NCBI GenBank assembly: GCA_951406725.2
Contig: OX597821.1
Location: 118,420,001 to 118,484,000 of the forward strand
Direction: 5' to 3'
Origin: Octopus vulgaris
Lineage: Eukaryota
DNA length: 64,000 bases
Shown: positions 1 to 12,075 of the stretch, piece by piece
Layout of the letters: each line of letters starts with the position of its first letter
How positions within the stretch are numbered: position 1 is the stretch's first letter
The notes under the pieces: model-generated
What the model saw: the letters and a program-made list of their open reading frames with translations, nothing else
Database searches by the model: none
Told to the model about the DNA's origin: nothing
Translations under genes and position numbers: made by a program

Positions 1-171
1 TTCAGTTTAGGATTTAGGATTTTCTGTCATTTACCTGCTTTCAACTTGGTGTTTTAGTGAAAAATTTGTGGTTTGGTCAAGTACACTTAATTATTAATTG
101 ATATTTTTTTTCACGGTTATCGGTTTTAACGCATGCTAAGCCACTGATATTATTATAAACAATAATATCAT

Positions 172-181
172 TATACATACA

Positions 182-215
<34 letters not shown>

Positions 216-249
216 CATACATACATACATACATACATACATACATACA

Positions 250-297
<48 letters not shown>

Positions 298-303
298 CAC
301 ACA
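172..303. repeat. (TACA)n/(CA)n compound microsatellite
   Basis: Direct reading; source of the MYVC/CV ORF artefacts. Confidence 0.95.
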
Positions 304-717
304 TATATACTTATGCAATTTTATTTTGGGATCTTCTATATGTATATATGAAAAATTCTCCTCCGTCTGGCTGTTTTTCTCTCTACAAAACGGGCATTTG
401 TATTATGGAACAGTCATTTTAACGATATTATTTATTTAGTTATCACCGAACGAGATACGTCTGTACCACTGGATACTCCTGAACCAGTTTTTTTTTTGTG
501 TGTCCAACAGTATATTAGTAGTAATTAATTTTAGCATGCGATTGCTTAAGGATACTTGCTCCTACATATATCTAAAGCAGAAGAAAGACATTTGTATTTA
601 ACTATGCCATTATGAAGCTGCTATTATCGCTTGCTAGTGATATATTTCAGTACTTTATTAATACTATATGTTTTTAAGAGATGTTTTCTCGAGATGAATG
701 CCGTAGTTTAAGTCCTA

Positions 718-908
718 CAATAGAATATTTGTTCTATGACACATGTATTGTATTGCTTTATATACATATCCATATATATATATATATATATATGTACATA
801 TATATATGCATATATATATATGCATACACACACACACACAATAGAATATTTGCTCTATGACACACGTATTGTATTGCTTTATATATGTATACATATATAT
901 ATACATAT

Positions 909-959
<51 letters not shown>

Positions 960-972
960 TATATATATGCAT

Positions 973-1008
<36 letters not shown>
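718..1008 (+). repeat. Two-copy tandem duplication of a ~120-170 bp microsatellite-containing unit
   Basis: CAATAGAATATTTG(T/C)TCTATGACAC..GTATTGTATTGCTTTATATA occurs at ~718 and ~839, each followed by TA/CA tracts. Confidence 0.8.
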
Positions 1009-1029
1009 GCTAACTTCATCCTGAGGCTC

Positions 1030-1210
1030 AAAGGCAATGAAATGGAGCATACAACCCACCGGTCTGCTATAAAAATGCTGCACACAATACAACAGAACAT
1101 CATGGGTGTGCAATTTATGTTTAGACGAAACCTTGGAGAACAGTACACCCAGAGAAAACATAATTAATAGGGATTCCAAACTTATTATACTATGTAAATA
1201 TAAAAGCTAA
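1030..1210 (+). mobile_element. Penelope-like element, GIY-YIG C-terminal remnant
   Basis: 1109-1210 reads CNLCLDETLENSTPRENIINRDSKLIILCKYKS*, resembling the PLE C-terminal CNLCL.E...LLN.R.E...C pattern; KWSI lies upstream. Confidence 0.45.
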
Positions 1211-2540
1211 TCCTCATGCTTAAAATTAGAAAAAAAAGACAAAAAGAAAATAAGTCCAACATCATCACAGACATCTCTACCCTCTCTTTCTACCACCTTT
1301 CACAAATCCCTACCAAACACATAAAAATGCCCACATACCCCAGTCAACTTTCTCATTTGTCAAAATTCATAAAAAAAACCATCCGTTAAGCATGTATTAA
1401 TATTATTTTGCTCGAAGAACTGAATGCATGAACATGATGTAAACGAGGACACTGGTTGCCCATGGACTACATTGCATTTATCCTAAGAATATGGTCTATG
1501 CTATTAAGAAATTTGTAAATTGTGGAAACGCGCGTAGCGATGCAATAAAATATTTATAAATTCCATCGATGGATTATTATTGTAATTGCTGTATATACAC
1601 TTGTGTATTTATTATAATATATCCCCTTGCCTGGATGTTATTACTGCTGTGTATTTCAAAAATGGAGGTGAGAATATGATACAAATTTTATATACAATGA
1701 TATCCGCTTGTGGAAGGAATAATTTCATAGACATAATACACAGCACTCACCTTCTTTCTCTCTCATCATCCGTACTTATAAATAAAAACATTTTAACTGT
1801 AGTTAGGACATACCTATTTCTATTTTTTCTAATTACTCGACTTTTCATACTTGATCATAAAACAAATTAATGTGTGTCATAGACCTGACACAGTTGTTAT
1901 TCAACATTTGATATTTAAATGTGACACTAAGAAAGTTGACTAAATTGTATTCTCTTTATCCCATTTGAATAATTCATGCATCGAATGTGTACAGAATTAT
2001 CCATAGATTTGTAACAGAAATAAGCTGACGAGATCAGAACAGTACTGGAAGAGTATTTTTCATCATGCACAAGTGAATTTTGGAAGAGGGGCTTTGCAGG
2101 TCTATCAGACAGATGGAAAAGTATTGTAGAAAATTAAGCAGAGTATATTTTAGATTATAAAAGAACTTTGGTTATCTTAATTTTGAAAAATAAAAGAAGT
2201 ATAAAAAACCGCATTATCTATAGGATTACCCAACGTTTGATTGCTGTCTAAGTGGCATTATAATCATATTTTTGTCTCTTTAAATATCATACGGTAACAC
2301 TTTGGGTTTTCTAACATCGCCAAAATCATGTATTTTATGAAATACAATAACATCTGTGTAGAGAAGTAAATGGAATGATTTCTATTAGTAATCGTTTAAC
2401 TTGTAATTGGTACTCTTCAGCAGGCATTTATGAAAGACAAAATTATACACACACTCCCACCTTCACAAATATGCATATGAATGTATATGTATACATATGT
2501 ATGGGCCGTGTCCATATGTGTGAGTTTCATTGACTTGTTG

Positions 2541-3600
2541 CGAGGGAGGGCTGAAAATTTCATAGGCTGACTATGTGAGAGTGACGCTAGAGCTATGAAA
2601 TGCTGCATACATTAATTGTAACCCTTTTTAATAACAAAATTACTTCATTACAGGTAAATTGATATCTGTCCTTTGAAAAAAAGATTTCAGAAGTAACTAG
2701 TAGCAACAACATATATTATCACTGCAATACTGGTTCCCAGCGAAGTGTTTTTAGATGTGGAGGATGATAGTCTGACAGGGCCAAGTCAGGAGAATTGGGA
2801 GTTGATCAACTAGTTCAAACCCCCAGTCACGTACAGCAGCCATTTAAACACAGTATTTGTGTGCTGGAGCATTGTCCTGATGAAAAATACCCCGTTCGTC
2901 AGTTTTCTGGAACACTTGATCTCCGTAGTTTTTCGTCACTGCTCCATCAATTTCGAATGGTGTGTCCCTTTTGAAGATAGTCAGTCAACGCAGTACCTTT
3001 CGTATCTCGAAACACTGACGCCATTATCTTCCATGCAGATGAAACGACCTTGGCCTTCTTTGTAGGAGGTAAGAGGGATTGTTTCTACTGCATGCATTGT
3101 CTCTTTGCCTTTGGCTCAAAGTGATGAAACCATTACTCAATATAGATTAGAAATGTTTAAGGAAAGCAGCTGGATCTGTGTAAATGTCAGATTTTCTCAG
3201 CCTGGTGCGCTTTAGATCAGTTGTTAGGAGACTGGCATCCACCGAGCACGCCAATTGTATTATTCAGAATAGTTTCTACTCTCTCACAGGATACTGTAAA
3301 ATCTTTGGCTGTTCGATTTATAGTCAGTCACCTGTCGTTCTTCACAACGTTGTGAATACAATCAATTTTCAAGAATCTCCCTTCCCCTAAATTCAGCTTC
3401 CCACTTTTGCATTGTTGATAAAGCTGGAGCTTCATCCCCCAATGTAGCAACCATGTCAGCATGAATGTCATTGGACGCTAAACACTTTTTCTGCATGTAC
3501 TTGATAACATCACGATGCAAAACTGTCCATTTTCAAGAAAAGTCGCCACTAGTTACATTTGAAGTCTTCTTTGCACAATCAGCAATTCACCTAGAAAGAT
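2541..3600 (-). mobile_element. Degenerate mariner transposon (in intron of paralog A), one TIR lost
   Basis: TIR CGAGGGAGGGCTGAAAATTTCATAGGCTGAC at 2541; minus strand has decayed FHQDNAPAH and SPDLA motifs; colinear with the copy at 40176-41423. Confidence 0.8.
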
Positions 3601-4095
3601 TAAAGCTGATTTGAATTAACTACATTCCACTGACTCTGCCAAACTACTGATGTTTAATTTATTGCATGGCCAGACACATCGGTGCAAGGGTAAACTCGAC
3701 GAAATCTATCTTCGTTCTGGATCTGAAACTAATTTTATCGAACAGAAAACTAAGAAGGCAAAGTTAATCTTAGCAAGAATTGACCACAAACTGCTGGACT
3801 GCTGGTAATGATTTTGTGAGACTTTTACTGACTCAAACAAAATAATAATTTAATAATATACGCACAAGATTTCATACTTAAGAAAAGGGATAAAATTTGA
3901 CTTGACAGTATATAATCAACCCACTGATGTCTGGAAGTTAACATCAACCCTGGCCCAATTGAAAGGGATAGAAAAAGCTTTAACTAAATACTACAATGTT
4001 ATGAACATTCTCTCATGACTGCAACACAATATCAATAAATGAATAAGAAAGAGAAGTGATAAGTTGAATATATATACTATTTTACTTTTTCTTAC

Positions 4096-4144
4096 CTGTT
4101 ACAAACAGCAGGATAGCAAAAATAATTAATGTTCTTTGCACCAT
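4096..4144 (-). CDS. Exon 1 (signal peptide MVQRTLIIFAILLFVT) of galaxin-like secreted peptide, paralog A; exon 2 not seen in window
   Basis: ACAACC-ATG-G context, 16 codons+G, donor G|GTAAGA at 4095; same length, phase and flanks as 41942-41990. Confidence 0.75.
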
Positions 4145-4199
4145 GGTTGTCTTTTGGTCAATTGGCAACACCACAACTGATTCTGGAAGGTTTACCATC

Positions 4200-4300
4200 G
4201 ATACTTATGCGTTTACTGAACAATTGAAACGAACTCCAAAACGTGCGGGACGGGAATTTCTCACGAAAATAATTATGAAAACAAAAGATGCAAATTAAGA
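4200..4300 (-). promoter_or_regulatory. Putative proximal promoter of paralog A: CATAA box, overlapping kB-like/CSL site, octamer
   Basis: GGGAATTTCT 4252-4261 overlaps CGTGAGAA (minus); ATGCAAAT 4288-4295; same arrangement at 42050-42141. Confidence 0.45.
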
Positions 4301-4569
4301 CTAACAAATATTATCAGAAATATGAACATCTGGAGGTTATTTTTAATCATTTGCTTTTGTTTATAGAAGCATTAATTGTTTACATTAAGGCAAGCTGTAT
4401 TGGTGGCATTTGAAATCATCACGTTTTGTAACACTTGATAGAAATACCATTATGCCTTGCCAAATATTTCAATACAGAGAATGGATCAGTAGAAGATATG
4501 TCGCCTTTAAAATGAGAAATATATTAAGCTTGTAAATTTTGAAGTTAAAATACAAGTTTAGATATGTTT

Positions 4570-5365
4570 AAATCTACTGGAAGAAATATTTCCGTATGAC
4601 ACAGCACACATTTGTGCACAATAGCGTCGTCAGAAAACAATCGAATAATGTTACAGCAGGATGTACTTGCTTCCCTCTAGCATCTGTTATTATAAGTGGA
4701 TCTCCGTCCTATAAACAAACGTTGAAAATAATAAAATGTAAGATTGCTTAGACCAAGGGTTCTGAACCCAGGTCCATATAAGATTTTTAGTGGTCCACGG
4801 ATACAATGTAGTAAATTGGAAGTCTACGGTAGATTTTCAGGGGTCATGAAAAAATAATACTTCAGACTAGTAAATTTCAATGTGGACCTCTGTCTTCTAA
4901 CTTTCCGGTAGTGCATTCTTAGGCTTAGAAACTTGTTTAAAAAAACAACTTCCTGAAAAATGTTGCTAGAAATCCCATCTTTCTTAATTTTTTGATTAAT
5001 TTACTTTTCAAAGAACAAAGAAAATTTAAAACATTTATCTATGAAGCTGCTCATAAATTTCCCAAGGGAATTCCCGAGAAAGGTGAAAGAAATAAAACTG
5101 AGTAAAAACAACGCCAACAACAATGATGCAAAAAAACAGCAGCAACAACAAGATTTTAAAAATACATACACACATACACACACATACTTGGCGTTTGCTA
5201 TCCGTTAGAATAAATATTTCAGTCTGATACGGCGAGCGTTTGTGCAGGATCGCGTCGTTAGAAAACAATCGAATCATTTTGAAACTGGATGTACTAGATC
5301 ACTTCTAGCATAGGTTATAAGGCTCCGTTCTCTGAACAAACATTGGAAATAACATGATCAAAGCT
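4570..5365 (+). repeat. Diverged ~170-bp direct repeat pair (about 4570-4750 and 5195-5365)
   Basis: GCGTCGT(C/T)AGAAAACAATCGAAT...GGATGTACT...AACAAAC occurs twice. Confidence 0.7.
5055..5080. promoter_or_regulatory. Composite NF-kB-type/STAT-like element ~0.92 kb upstream of paralog A
   Basis: AAATTTCCCAAGGGAATTCCCGAGAA contains the palindromic GGGAATTCCC (5066-5075); conserved at 42890-42914. Confidence 0.5.
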
Positions 5366-5922
5366 ACCCAAAATCTCTCTCAGTATATATACATCTATGA
5401 ATGTGTACAAAGAATATATTTATACATAGCAAATTATATATATGTATATATATATATATATATGTATATATCAACAGGATGTGTTATAACACGATTTCAC
5501 ATATACAAAAACAATCATACCAACAATCCAACACAAATCTATCATCAGCTGCCCCACGGACATCCTTATGGTTTCGAGACTTGGGCAGTATCATTCAATC
5601 CGGCGGTGTCAACATCACTAAAATAAGTGTTGTTTGGGAACAAACATGCCAAAGAAACCACAAATTTCAAACACATTTACCCTATGTACAACAGTATCAA
5701 TAAAAAATTCAATAAGTAAACCAATAACCAACTCCTAAATATGTAACTAAACAGCGACCAAACCTTTAAGTAAAGGCAGGATTAAACACTAACTTTAAAA
5801 TTAAACTACAACAAAGATATACATAAATCTATGTATATCTGTATCAGTATTAATAGTAAACCTATAATAACTAATATATTTGCTTTTCAAGAGTTATTAT
5901 GCGAAATCGTGTGTTGAAACAG

Positions 5923-6234
5923 ATATTGTTGTATTTAGGAATGGTCATTTTGCCAGTTTAATATGCGCAAATGAAGACACATACAATAGGAATACAAAAT
6001 GCAAGATGGCTGACCGTTAGTAAGGAGAGACACACAAATAAGAAAGAAGACAGCAAAGGACCAGTGATGAGGTCACAGGTGTGTGCCGAAAGAACTCTGG
6101 CCGAAATAAGATTAAGATTAATGTAAAAAAAGTAAAAAAATAAATAACGCTGAAGCAAAGTAACTCCAAATATATAGTGCGTGTGTTTTTATTGGCTAAA
6201 CTGGCAAAATGACCATTCCTAAATACAACAATAT
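5923..6234. repeat. ~310-bp element bounded by perfect 38-bp inverted repeats
   Basis: ATATTGTTGTATTTAGGAATGGTCATTTTGCCAGTTTA (5923-5960) is the reverse complement of 6197-6234. Confidence 0.85.
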
Positions 6235-6689
6235 AATAACTAAATTATATACTAAATAACCAGCAATCTTAAAGTCCTTACAAATATGCATCCCGTCAGT
6301 CTTCCATAGTTACTACTATAATAAAAGATGAAAGCTTTATTTCCTCTCCAAAAGAAAACACAATTGAATTGAATTTACGAATAATAAACTAAATAATAAA
6401 CTAATTATGAGTGAAATACATCATTTCATAAATCAAAAGTTAATAATAAAAACACTGCATACTCATTAATGTAAACTTACCTGTAACTAATAGAAACATT
6501 AAATCTATTAAATAGAAACTAATAAAAGTATACTTGTAATTAACTATTATTGTAAAACCTTGCTACGTTTAAAGCTATTTTGGCTGAATGCTATTTTTCC
6601 GTATTGGGTAATTTGATCTGGGATCTGCACAGTATTCCAGAGAATCTGTGGTATATAGTTCTTTACCAACAACGGTCTATACACAATGA

Positions 6690-6910
6690 TACAAATCTAT
6701 AATAGAATGGATCTCCCAACAGCTGTTCACGACAACAAGGACAAGGAAGAGCATTGTGAAAAGAGAAAACTAGAGGCGTTCCATCAAAGATGCTTGAGAA
6801 AGATCGAGAAATAAAGAGAGGAACACCAGAGAAAAGAGAAGCCGATAGAAAATCCCAACCGCGGAGCCGTGTGGTTACGAAGGAAACTTCTTACCACATT
6901 GCTACGCTTC
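6690..6910 (+). mobile_element. RTE-like LINE 3' remnant
   Basis: LEAFHQRCLRKI motif; homologous to ~49190-49470. Confidence 0.55.
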
Positions 6911-6912
6911 CT

Positions 6913-6913
<1 letters not shown>

Positions 6914-7001
<88 letters not shown>

Positions 7002-7020
7002 ACATACATATATACATATA
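6914..7020. repeat. (TCTA)n microsatellite
   Basis: Direct reading. Confidence 0.95.
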
Positions 7021-7138
7021 TAAAATAAATAAATACACACACACATACACATGTAATGATTGCATTGTTCAATTAATTGCAACCGCTTGAAACGAGCTTA
7101 TTTTGATATATATATATATATATTTTTATTTTTATTTT

Positions 7139-7996
7139 TTTATATTATATTGAGGGTACTACTATTCGTAGATACCAACACGCTAAGAGGGACCAATGCG
7201 GTCAAAACTACTAAAAATAAACAAAATTTTACCGAATGCAAAACTTCAAAACACATCATTTTAAAAAAGAATTCAGTTACATATCACATGTGATTTCGCA
7301 TTTAATGCAGAATATGCATTTCATGTTCGTCAGTGCAACAAACTCAAGAAATATAAGAAAAAACATAACATTACAAACTCGATAGCCAACCGTAGAATTC
7401 GTCGTAGCTTGTACGAATGTTTATCCTTACATATCTATGAAAATGGCGGGCTTTTTCGCAATGCATTTCGGTGCCAAATTGCCTAGTCGGAATAAAAATT
7501 CAGTATTGAACTATTCCGGTGAAAAATATAAATTAACAATTGAGGATAAAATCTTTAAAAGAAATTATCAGTAGTCAGCGTGAAAAACCTCGTAAGAGAA
7601 AAAATCCGTAAATTCTTCCTCTTTGAAAATATTCATTTATATTATATTGAGGGTACTACTATTCGTAGATACCAACACGCTAAGAGGGACCAATGCACTG
7701 ACGAACATGAAATGCATATTCTGCATTAAATGCGAAATCACATGTGATATGTAACTGAATTCTTTTTTAAAATGATGTGTTTTGAAGTTTTGCATTCGGT
7801 AAAATTTTGTTTATTTTTAGTAGTTTTGACCGCATTGGTCCCTCTTAGCGTGTTGGTATCTACGAATAGTAGTACCCTCAATATAATATAAATGAATATT
7901 TTCAAAGAGGAAGAATTTACGGATTTTTTCTCTTACGAGGTTTTTCACGCTGACTACTGATAATTTCTTTTAAAGATTTTATACTCAATTGTTAAT
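7139..7996 (-). mobile_element. Non-coding Penelope pLTR/retrozyme-like element: 497-bp monomer, 61-bp direct repeat and ~300-bp inverted copy
   Basis: 7139-7199 = 7636-7696; 7694-7996 is the reverse complement of 7337-7139 continued by 7635-7532; minimal hammerhead-like core CTGACGA-ACAT-GAAA-TGCA-TA. Confidence 0.7.
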
Positions 7997-8013
7997 ATAT
8001 ATATATATATATA

Positions 8014-9458
8014 CACCTCCCACATCATCAAAGTGTTTGAAAGAGTGTTAAGATCAAGGATGGCTGACTTCCTGGAGACCCAGAAACTCCTAAATGCAAA
8101 TCAGCATGGCTTTCGCTGTCGCAGGGACTGTCTAACACAGCTCTTACACCACATTGAAGATGTACTCAAATCCTTGGGAACAGGTTCGAACTCTGATGTC
8201 ATATATCTTGACTTCAGTAAAGCGTTCGACAGGGTAGACCATCATATCCTACTCTCAAAATTGGCAAATGTTGGAATCCGTGGAAAAGTTCTACACTGGA
8301 TCAAGTATTTCCTGGCGAATAGAACACAACATGTTGTAGTTGATGGAGTCCACTCAAACCCAGCAAAAGTCACCAGCGGTGTTCCCCAGGGAACTGTTTT
8401 GGGTCCGCTACTCTTCATAATCTACATAAACGACCTTTCCAGTGTCGTACATTACTGCAAAGTGAAAATATTTGCTGATGACACCAAGCTCCAGCAAATC
8501 GTCAATGAAGAAGCAGACCGAACTCAACTCCAGTCTGATCTATTTGCTGTGAGTCAATGGGCAGACAGAAACAAAATGCAACTGAACGAGGGAAAATTTG
8601 AGCTGATGCATTTTGGAAGAAATTCCTCACTAAAACAACCATACACTCTTCCTTCAGGGGAACCGCTCACAGCCTCTAACAATATCAGAGACCTGGGTGT
8701 AATTGTTGACAACGATCTCAGTTGGAGTGCACACATCAACAAGAAGGTCGATATAGCTCGTAGGATGAGTTCTTGGATCTTAAGAACTTTCCGGTCCAGA
8801 GAACAAGGTGTCATCATACCACTTTTTTCCTCCTTTGTACGGCCACACCTTGAATACTGCTGCCCACTGTGGTCTCCTCACACAAGACAAAACATGCACA
8901 GAATTGAGTTACCCCAGAGGGCACTCACTAAACGAATTGTAGGCATGGCTGCTCTCGATTATTGGGATCGCCTTAAAGCCTTGAAACTTTACTCCCTCCA
9001 GCGTCGCCGTGAGCGGTACGTCATTTGTACGATGTGGAAAATATACCGCCAACTTTGCCCAAACGACCTAAACATTAGCTTCAAGGTCCATCCAAGACTT
9101 GGACCACGGGTTATACGTCCCCTGCCCAATTCAAGATCACAACATACATGTACACTGCAACATAATTTCTTTTCCTCAACAGGCCCTGCCCTATTTAACA
9201 TTGTCCCGAGAGAGATCAAAGAGGAAAAGGATCCCATCAACTTTAAACAGAGTCTGGATAGATTCCTTCAAAGAATACCAGATAAGCCACCCATAATTGG
9301 ATACAACTCACCCAACAAGAACTCACTACTTGAACAAAACTTGACTTAAACAAACCTTGACTTAAACAGGATTCGAATAATCCTATCAGGTGGTGCTATT
9401 AAGTTAGACATGGCCTGGACCAATCTTTGGTCGAAACTTATCTAAGTTTATCTAAGTT

Positions 9459-9462
<4 letters not shown>
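8014..9462 (+). mobile_element. 5'-truncated CR1-like LINE with intact RT ORF (8033-9349)
   Basis: QHGFR, YLDFSKAFD, GVPQGTVLGPLLF, FADDTK, RPHLEYC, YSLQRRRER motifs; 3' hairpin GACCAA/TTGGTC and (TTATCTAAGT)n tail; (TA)n on both sides. Confidence 0.93.
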
Positions 9463-9512
<50 letters not shown>

Positions 9513-9516
<4 letters not shown>

Positions 9517-10032
9517 CTTAATTGGTATATATAAATATTTTAATCTTCGGATTCTTTCTTTAATATGCTAGACCACTGGTTCTAATTGATAAATATCAAT
9601 TTCTACCCTAAATTTAATTTTATATAAATATTTGTTCTCTAACCGATAAATTAACTGCTGCTAACTATTAGCTGCAGGCTAGTTTTCTCGGGTCTCATCG
9701 CGCCAAAAGTAAAGACATTTGAAATATACATTTCAAATGTAATAGGCCGTACTCCATGCACGCGATATTTCGGTATCGTGTTGGCATCTAGTCCAGCAAA
9801 TTGCATTTTATATGGGACCATGCTGATGATGGCTGCACTTTTCCTTGCGGAAAATAACAGCCGAAACTAAATTAGTACATGGGTAAATATTTATTTCGTA
9901 TATTTTCTCTTGTTTATTGCTTTGGTTTTGTGTTGAGTTTGATCTGAGAACATAAACTTTTTGTGGAGAATGGCGATTTGACGTCTATATCTAGCATATT
10001 GACTGTCCACTTTTCGCGTTCAGTCCTTAATT

Positions 10033-10042
<10 letters not shown>
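9513..10042 (+). mobile_element. 509-bp non-coding unit (solo Penelope pLTR or retrozyme-like) with terminal direct repeat and hammerhead
   Basis: AGTCCTTAATTGGTATATATA at 9513 and 10022; lies within (TA)n; contains the hammerhead at 9818-9882. Confidence 0.65.
9818..9882 (+). ncRNA. Type I hammerhead ribozyme
   Basis: CCATG-CTGATGA-T-GGCTG..TTTTCC/GGAAAA..CAGCC-GAAA-CTA(AAT)TAG-TA-CATGG: all three stems pair; GUA cleavage triplet 9875-9877. Confidence 0.8.
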
Positions 10043-10083
<41 letters not shown>

Positions 10084-10085
<2 letters not shown>

Positions 10086-10200
10086 AGGCGCAATGGCCTA
10101 GTGGTTAGGCAGCGGAGTCGCGGTCGCAGGATCGCAGTTTCGATTCCCAGACCGAGCGTTGTGTGTGTTTATTGAGCGAAAACACCTAAAAGCTCCACGA
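10084..10200 (+). mobile_element. tRNA-derived SINE, 5' part
   Basis: A box TGGCCTAGTGG and B box GTTTCGATTCC; same family as 31910, 32301 and 58962. Confidence 0.85.
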
Positions 10201-10799
10201 ATTGTCATCAAATTGTTAATTCTAATACAAAAGAAAGCTAAGTGTAAAGAGTGTGATACTACCTGATTTGCGCTGACATCATTGACTGAAATGTACGGAA
10301 GAAAGAGGATAAAATCACAAGGAAAATACTGAATACGAAATAATGATAAGAATTGTGTTGTTACTTAGAAATTTTGGTATTCGGTAAAGTTCTTTCTAAT
10401 AACACACGTTAGAACTAGGGTTCTGAATACGTATATTGCTGCGTAATTTGAGCAGGTGTGAGTATTAGTATCAAAATTACTCTTGCTCAATATATCAGCG
10501 ATACTTACAGAAGCATTCTGCAGCTCAACTAAAGGTATACAAAAACAAACAAGACATGATATTAAGCAAATTATAGTGCCACAGCCCAAAACTATTACCA
10601 AGATTACACGTGTATTAGTGAGATGAATGTTTTTCGTCGATAATGGCATTTCTAATTCTTATTGTGCGGTGGACATATAAAACAAGATGGATGTTTTTGT
10701 CGTTGTTGTCGGAAAATTAGATTTAAATATTAATATTTAGAAAATTGTTAATTTCTTTCGAGTCCTAACTCGATGAATCCAAGCAGGACAAACTCAACC

Positions 10800-10995
10800 T
10801 ATCGTCATCATAACTGGTAGAAGGAAATCATTTAACGTACTTGGTAGGCATAATCAGTAGTGATCAAAGGCTGAAGCAGGAACTAGATTGCAGGGTGAAC
10901 AAGACTATCTCAGTATAAAGAAGGGCGAGAGAGAAAGTACGAAAGACGAGCACATGTTGATTCAAGGGATGCGTAAAGTATATTGGCAAATTGAA
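10800..10995 (+). mobile_element. RTE-like LINE RT remnant
   Basis: Homologous to 50205-50400, which reads FTYLASTINSDQRLKQELNDRVNKTISAFGR. Confidence 0.6.
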
Positions 10996-11104
10996 GGGAG
11001 TGGTTTATCATAAAGGACGAAGCGAAATGTTGGTCATTGTCAGGATTTGAAATCATAGCATAGACGGCAGGAAAAAATGCCAATGTGCTAAAGATTCACT
11101 CACA

Positions 11105-11341
11105 CTTATGAAAAACTTTATGAAAAACGTGAATGATATGAGACCACAACGCGGTTTTGCAGCTAACGACATTCCAACAGATTCTGTAGTGCCTGCCAGC
11201 CAAACAACATTACCGGCTCAAGTAACTGGCCGCTGTCCCCCAACTACGACTATAGTAATTAGGAGGCACAACCGCAATGATTATTGTAGTAATAGTAGTA
11301 GTATTGGCAGTCAAGATTATATGCCAGTGAACGTGCCCTTA
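11105..11341 (+). repeat. Second copy of a segment of the R4/Dong-like element 5' region
   Basis: Near-identical to 15907-16162 apart from the (AGT)n length. Confidence 0.85.
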
Positions 11342-11859
11342 CTCTATTGTACAGAAAGATGATTTAACATGAAACAGGTAAAAATGCTAAAATATGTATT
11401 CATGAAGAAATACTTGGGATAGTGACATATTGAATAAGACTTAGCAGGAAAAGAATTTTGATGCAGAGGAACATACGCTATCTTAGAAATGTCAAAAAAA
11501 CAAAAACTGAGGAAACAGGTTTACTAAGGAAGGCAATTGCTAATGTTCTATTCACAACTGGCTAAAAGTACGAGATATCTGGTTAGACCCCAGCAAAAAC
11601 ATAATTATATATCTATAAATTATATAAGCTGGCTTAACAGATACATGTAAGCTAAGCTCACCATATAAACCATTCGTGGAATCCATACATTTTCATACTC
11701 TGACTTTATATATGGATAATTATCGTCGACTATACAACTTAGCCCTGTCATTTATTATACTATCTATTTCAGATCTCTTTGTGTTGTTAGTAATTCCATT
11801 CAATACACTATTTGATTAAAATTATTTGATTTAAATTAGTTAAAAAGAGTTTGAGGAAA

Positions 11860-12075
11860 TTGCGCAAAGTAGATGTAGGTGTTTTTTAATCAAAATTGGA
11901 CCTCTTCCTGTCGAGAGTCCCAGATGAACCTACCTCACGGCAAGAGGTGCAAATGAGGGTAGCTATATCAAACTCCATTCTTTACCAAGTGCCACATATT
12001 AGTGGAGGCTCTTAGTAATAACAGTGTAGCACAACACGGCGGCGCATCAGCATAGGCGCAGCTCTGAGCTGAAAC
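11860..12075 (+). mobile_element. CR1-like LINE 3' end fragment
   Basis: KLDLFLSRVPDEPTSRQE matches the 3' end of the element at 24114-27060. Confidence 0.75.

Noticed and set aside
77-1179. ORFs rich in YI, CV, HT or MYVC (also at 30-34 kb, 52.6 kb and 59.2 kb)
   Set aside because: Translations of TA, CA and TACA microsatellites.
5001-5183. Similar hydrophobic ORFs at 5001-5183 and 42730-42984 (GNSLG.FM)
   Set aside because: Shared residues come from the conserved kB motif in duplicated non-coding DNA; starts and stops are not conserved.
8033-9349. 438-aa RT ORF as a host or prokaryotic RT gene (retron, group II intron)
   Set aside because: CR1-type motifs, 5' truncation and a tandem-repeat tail mark it as a LINE.
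10084-10160. tRNA-like sequences with A/B boxes
   Set aside because: Heads of multi-copy SINEs; no complete cloverleaf.
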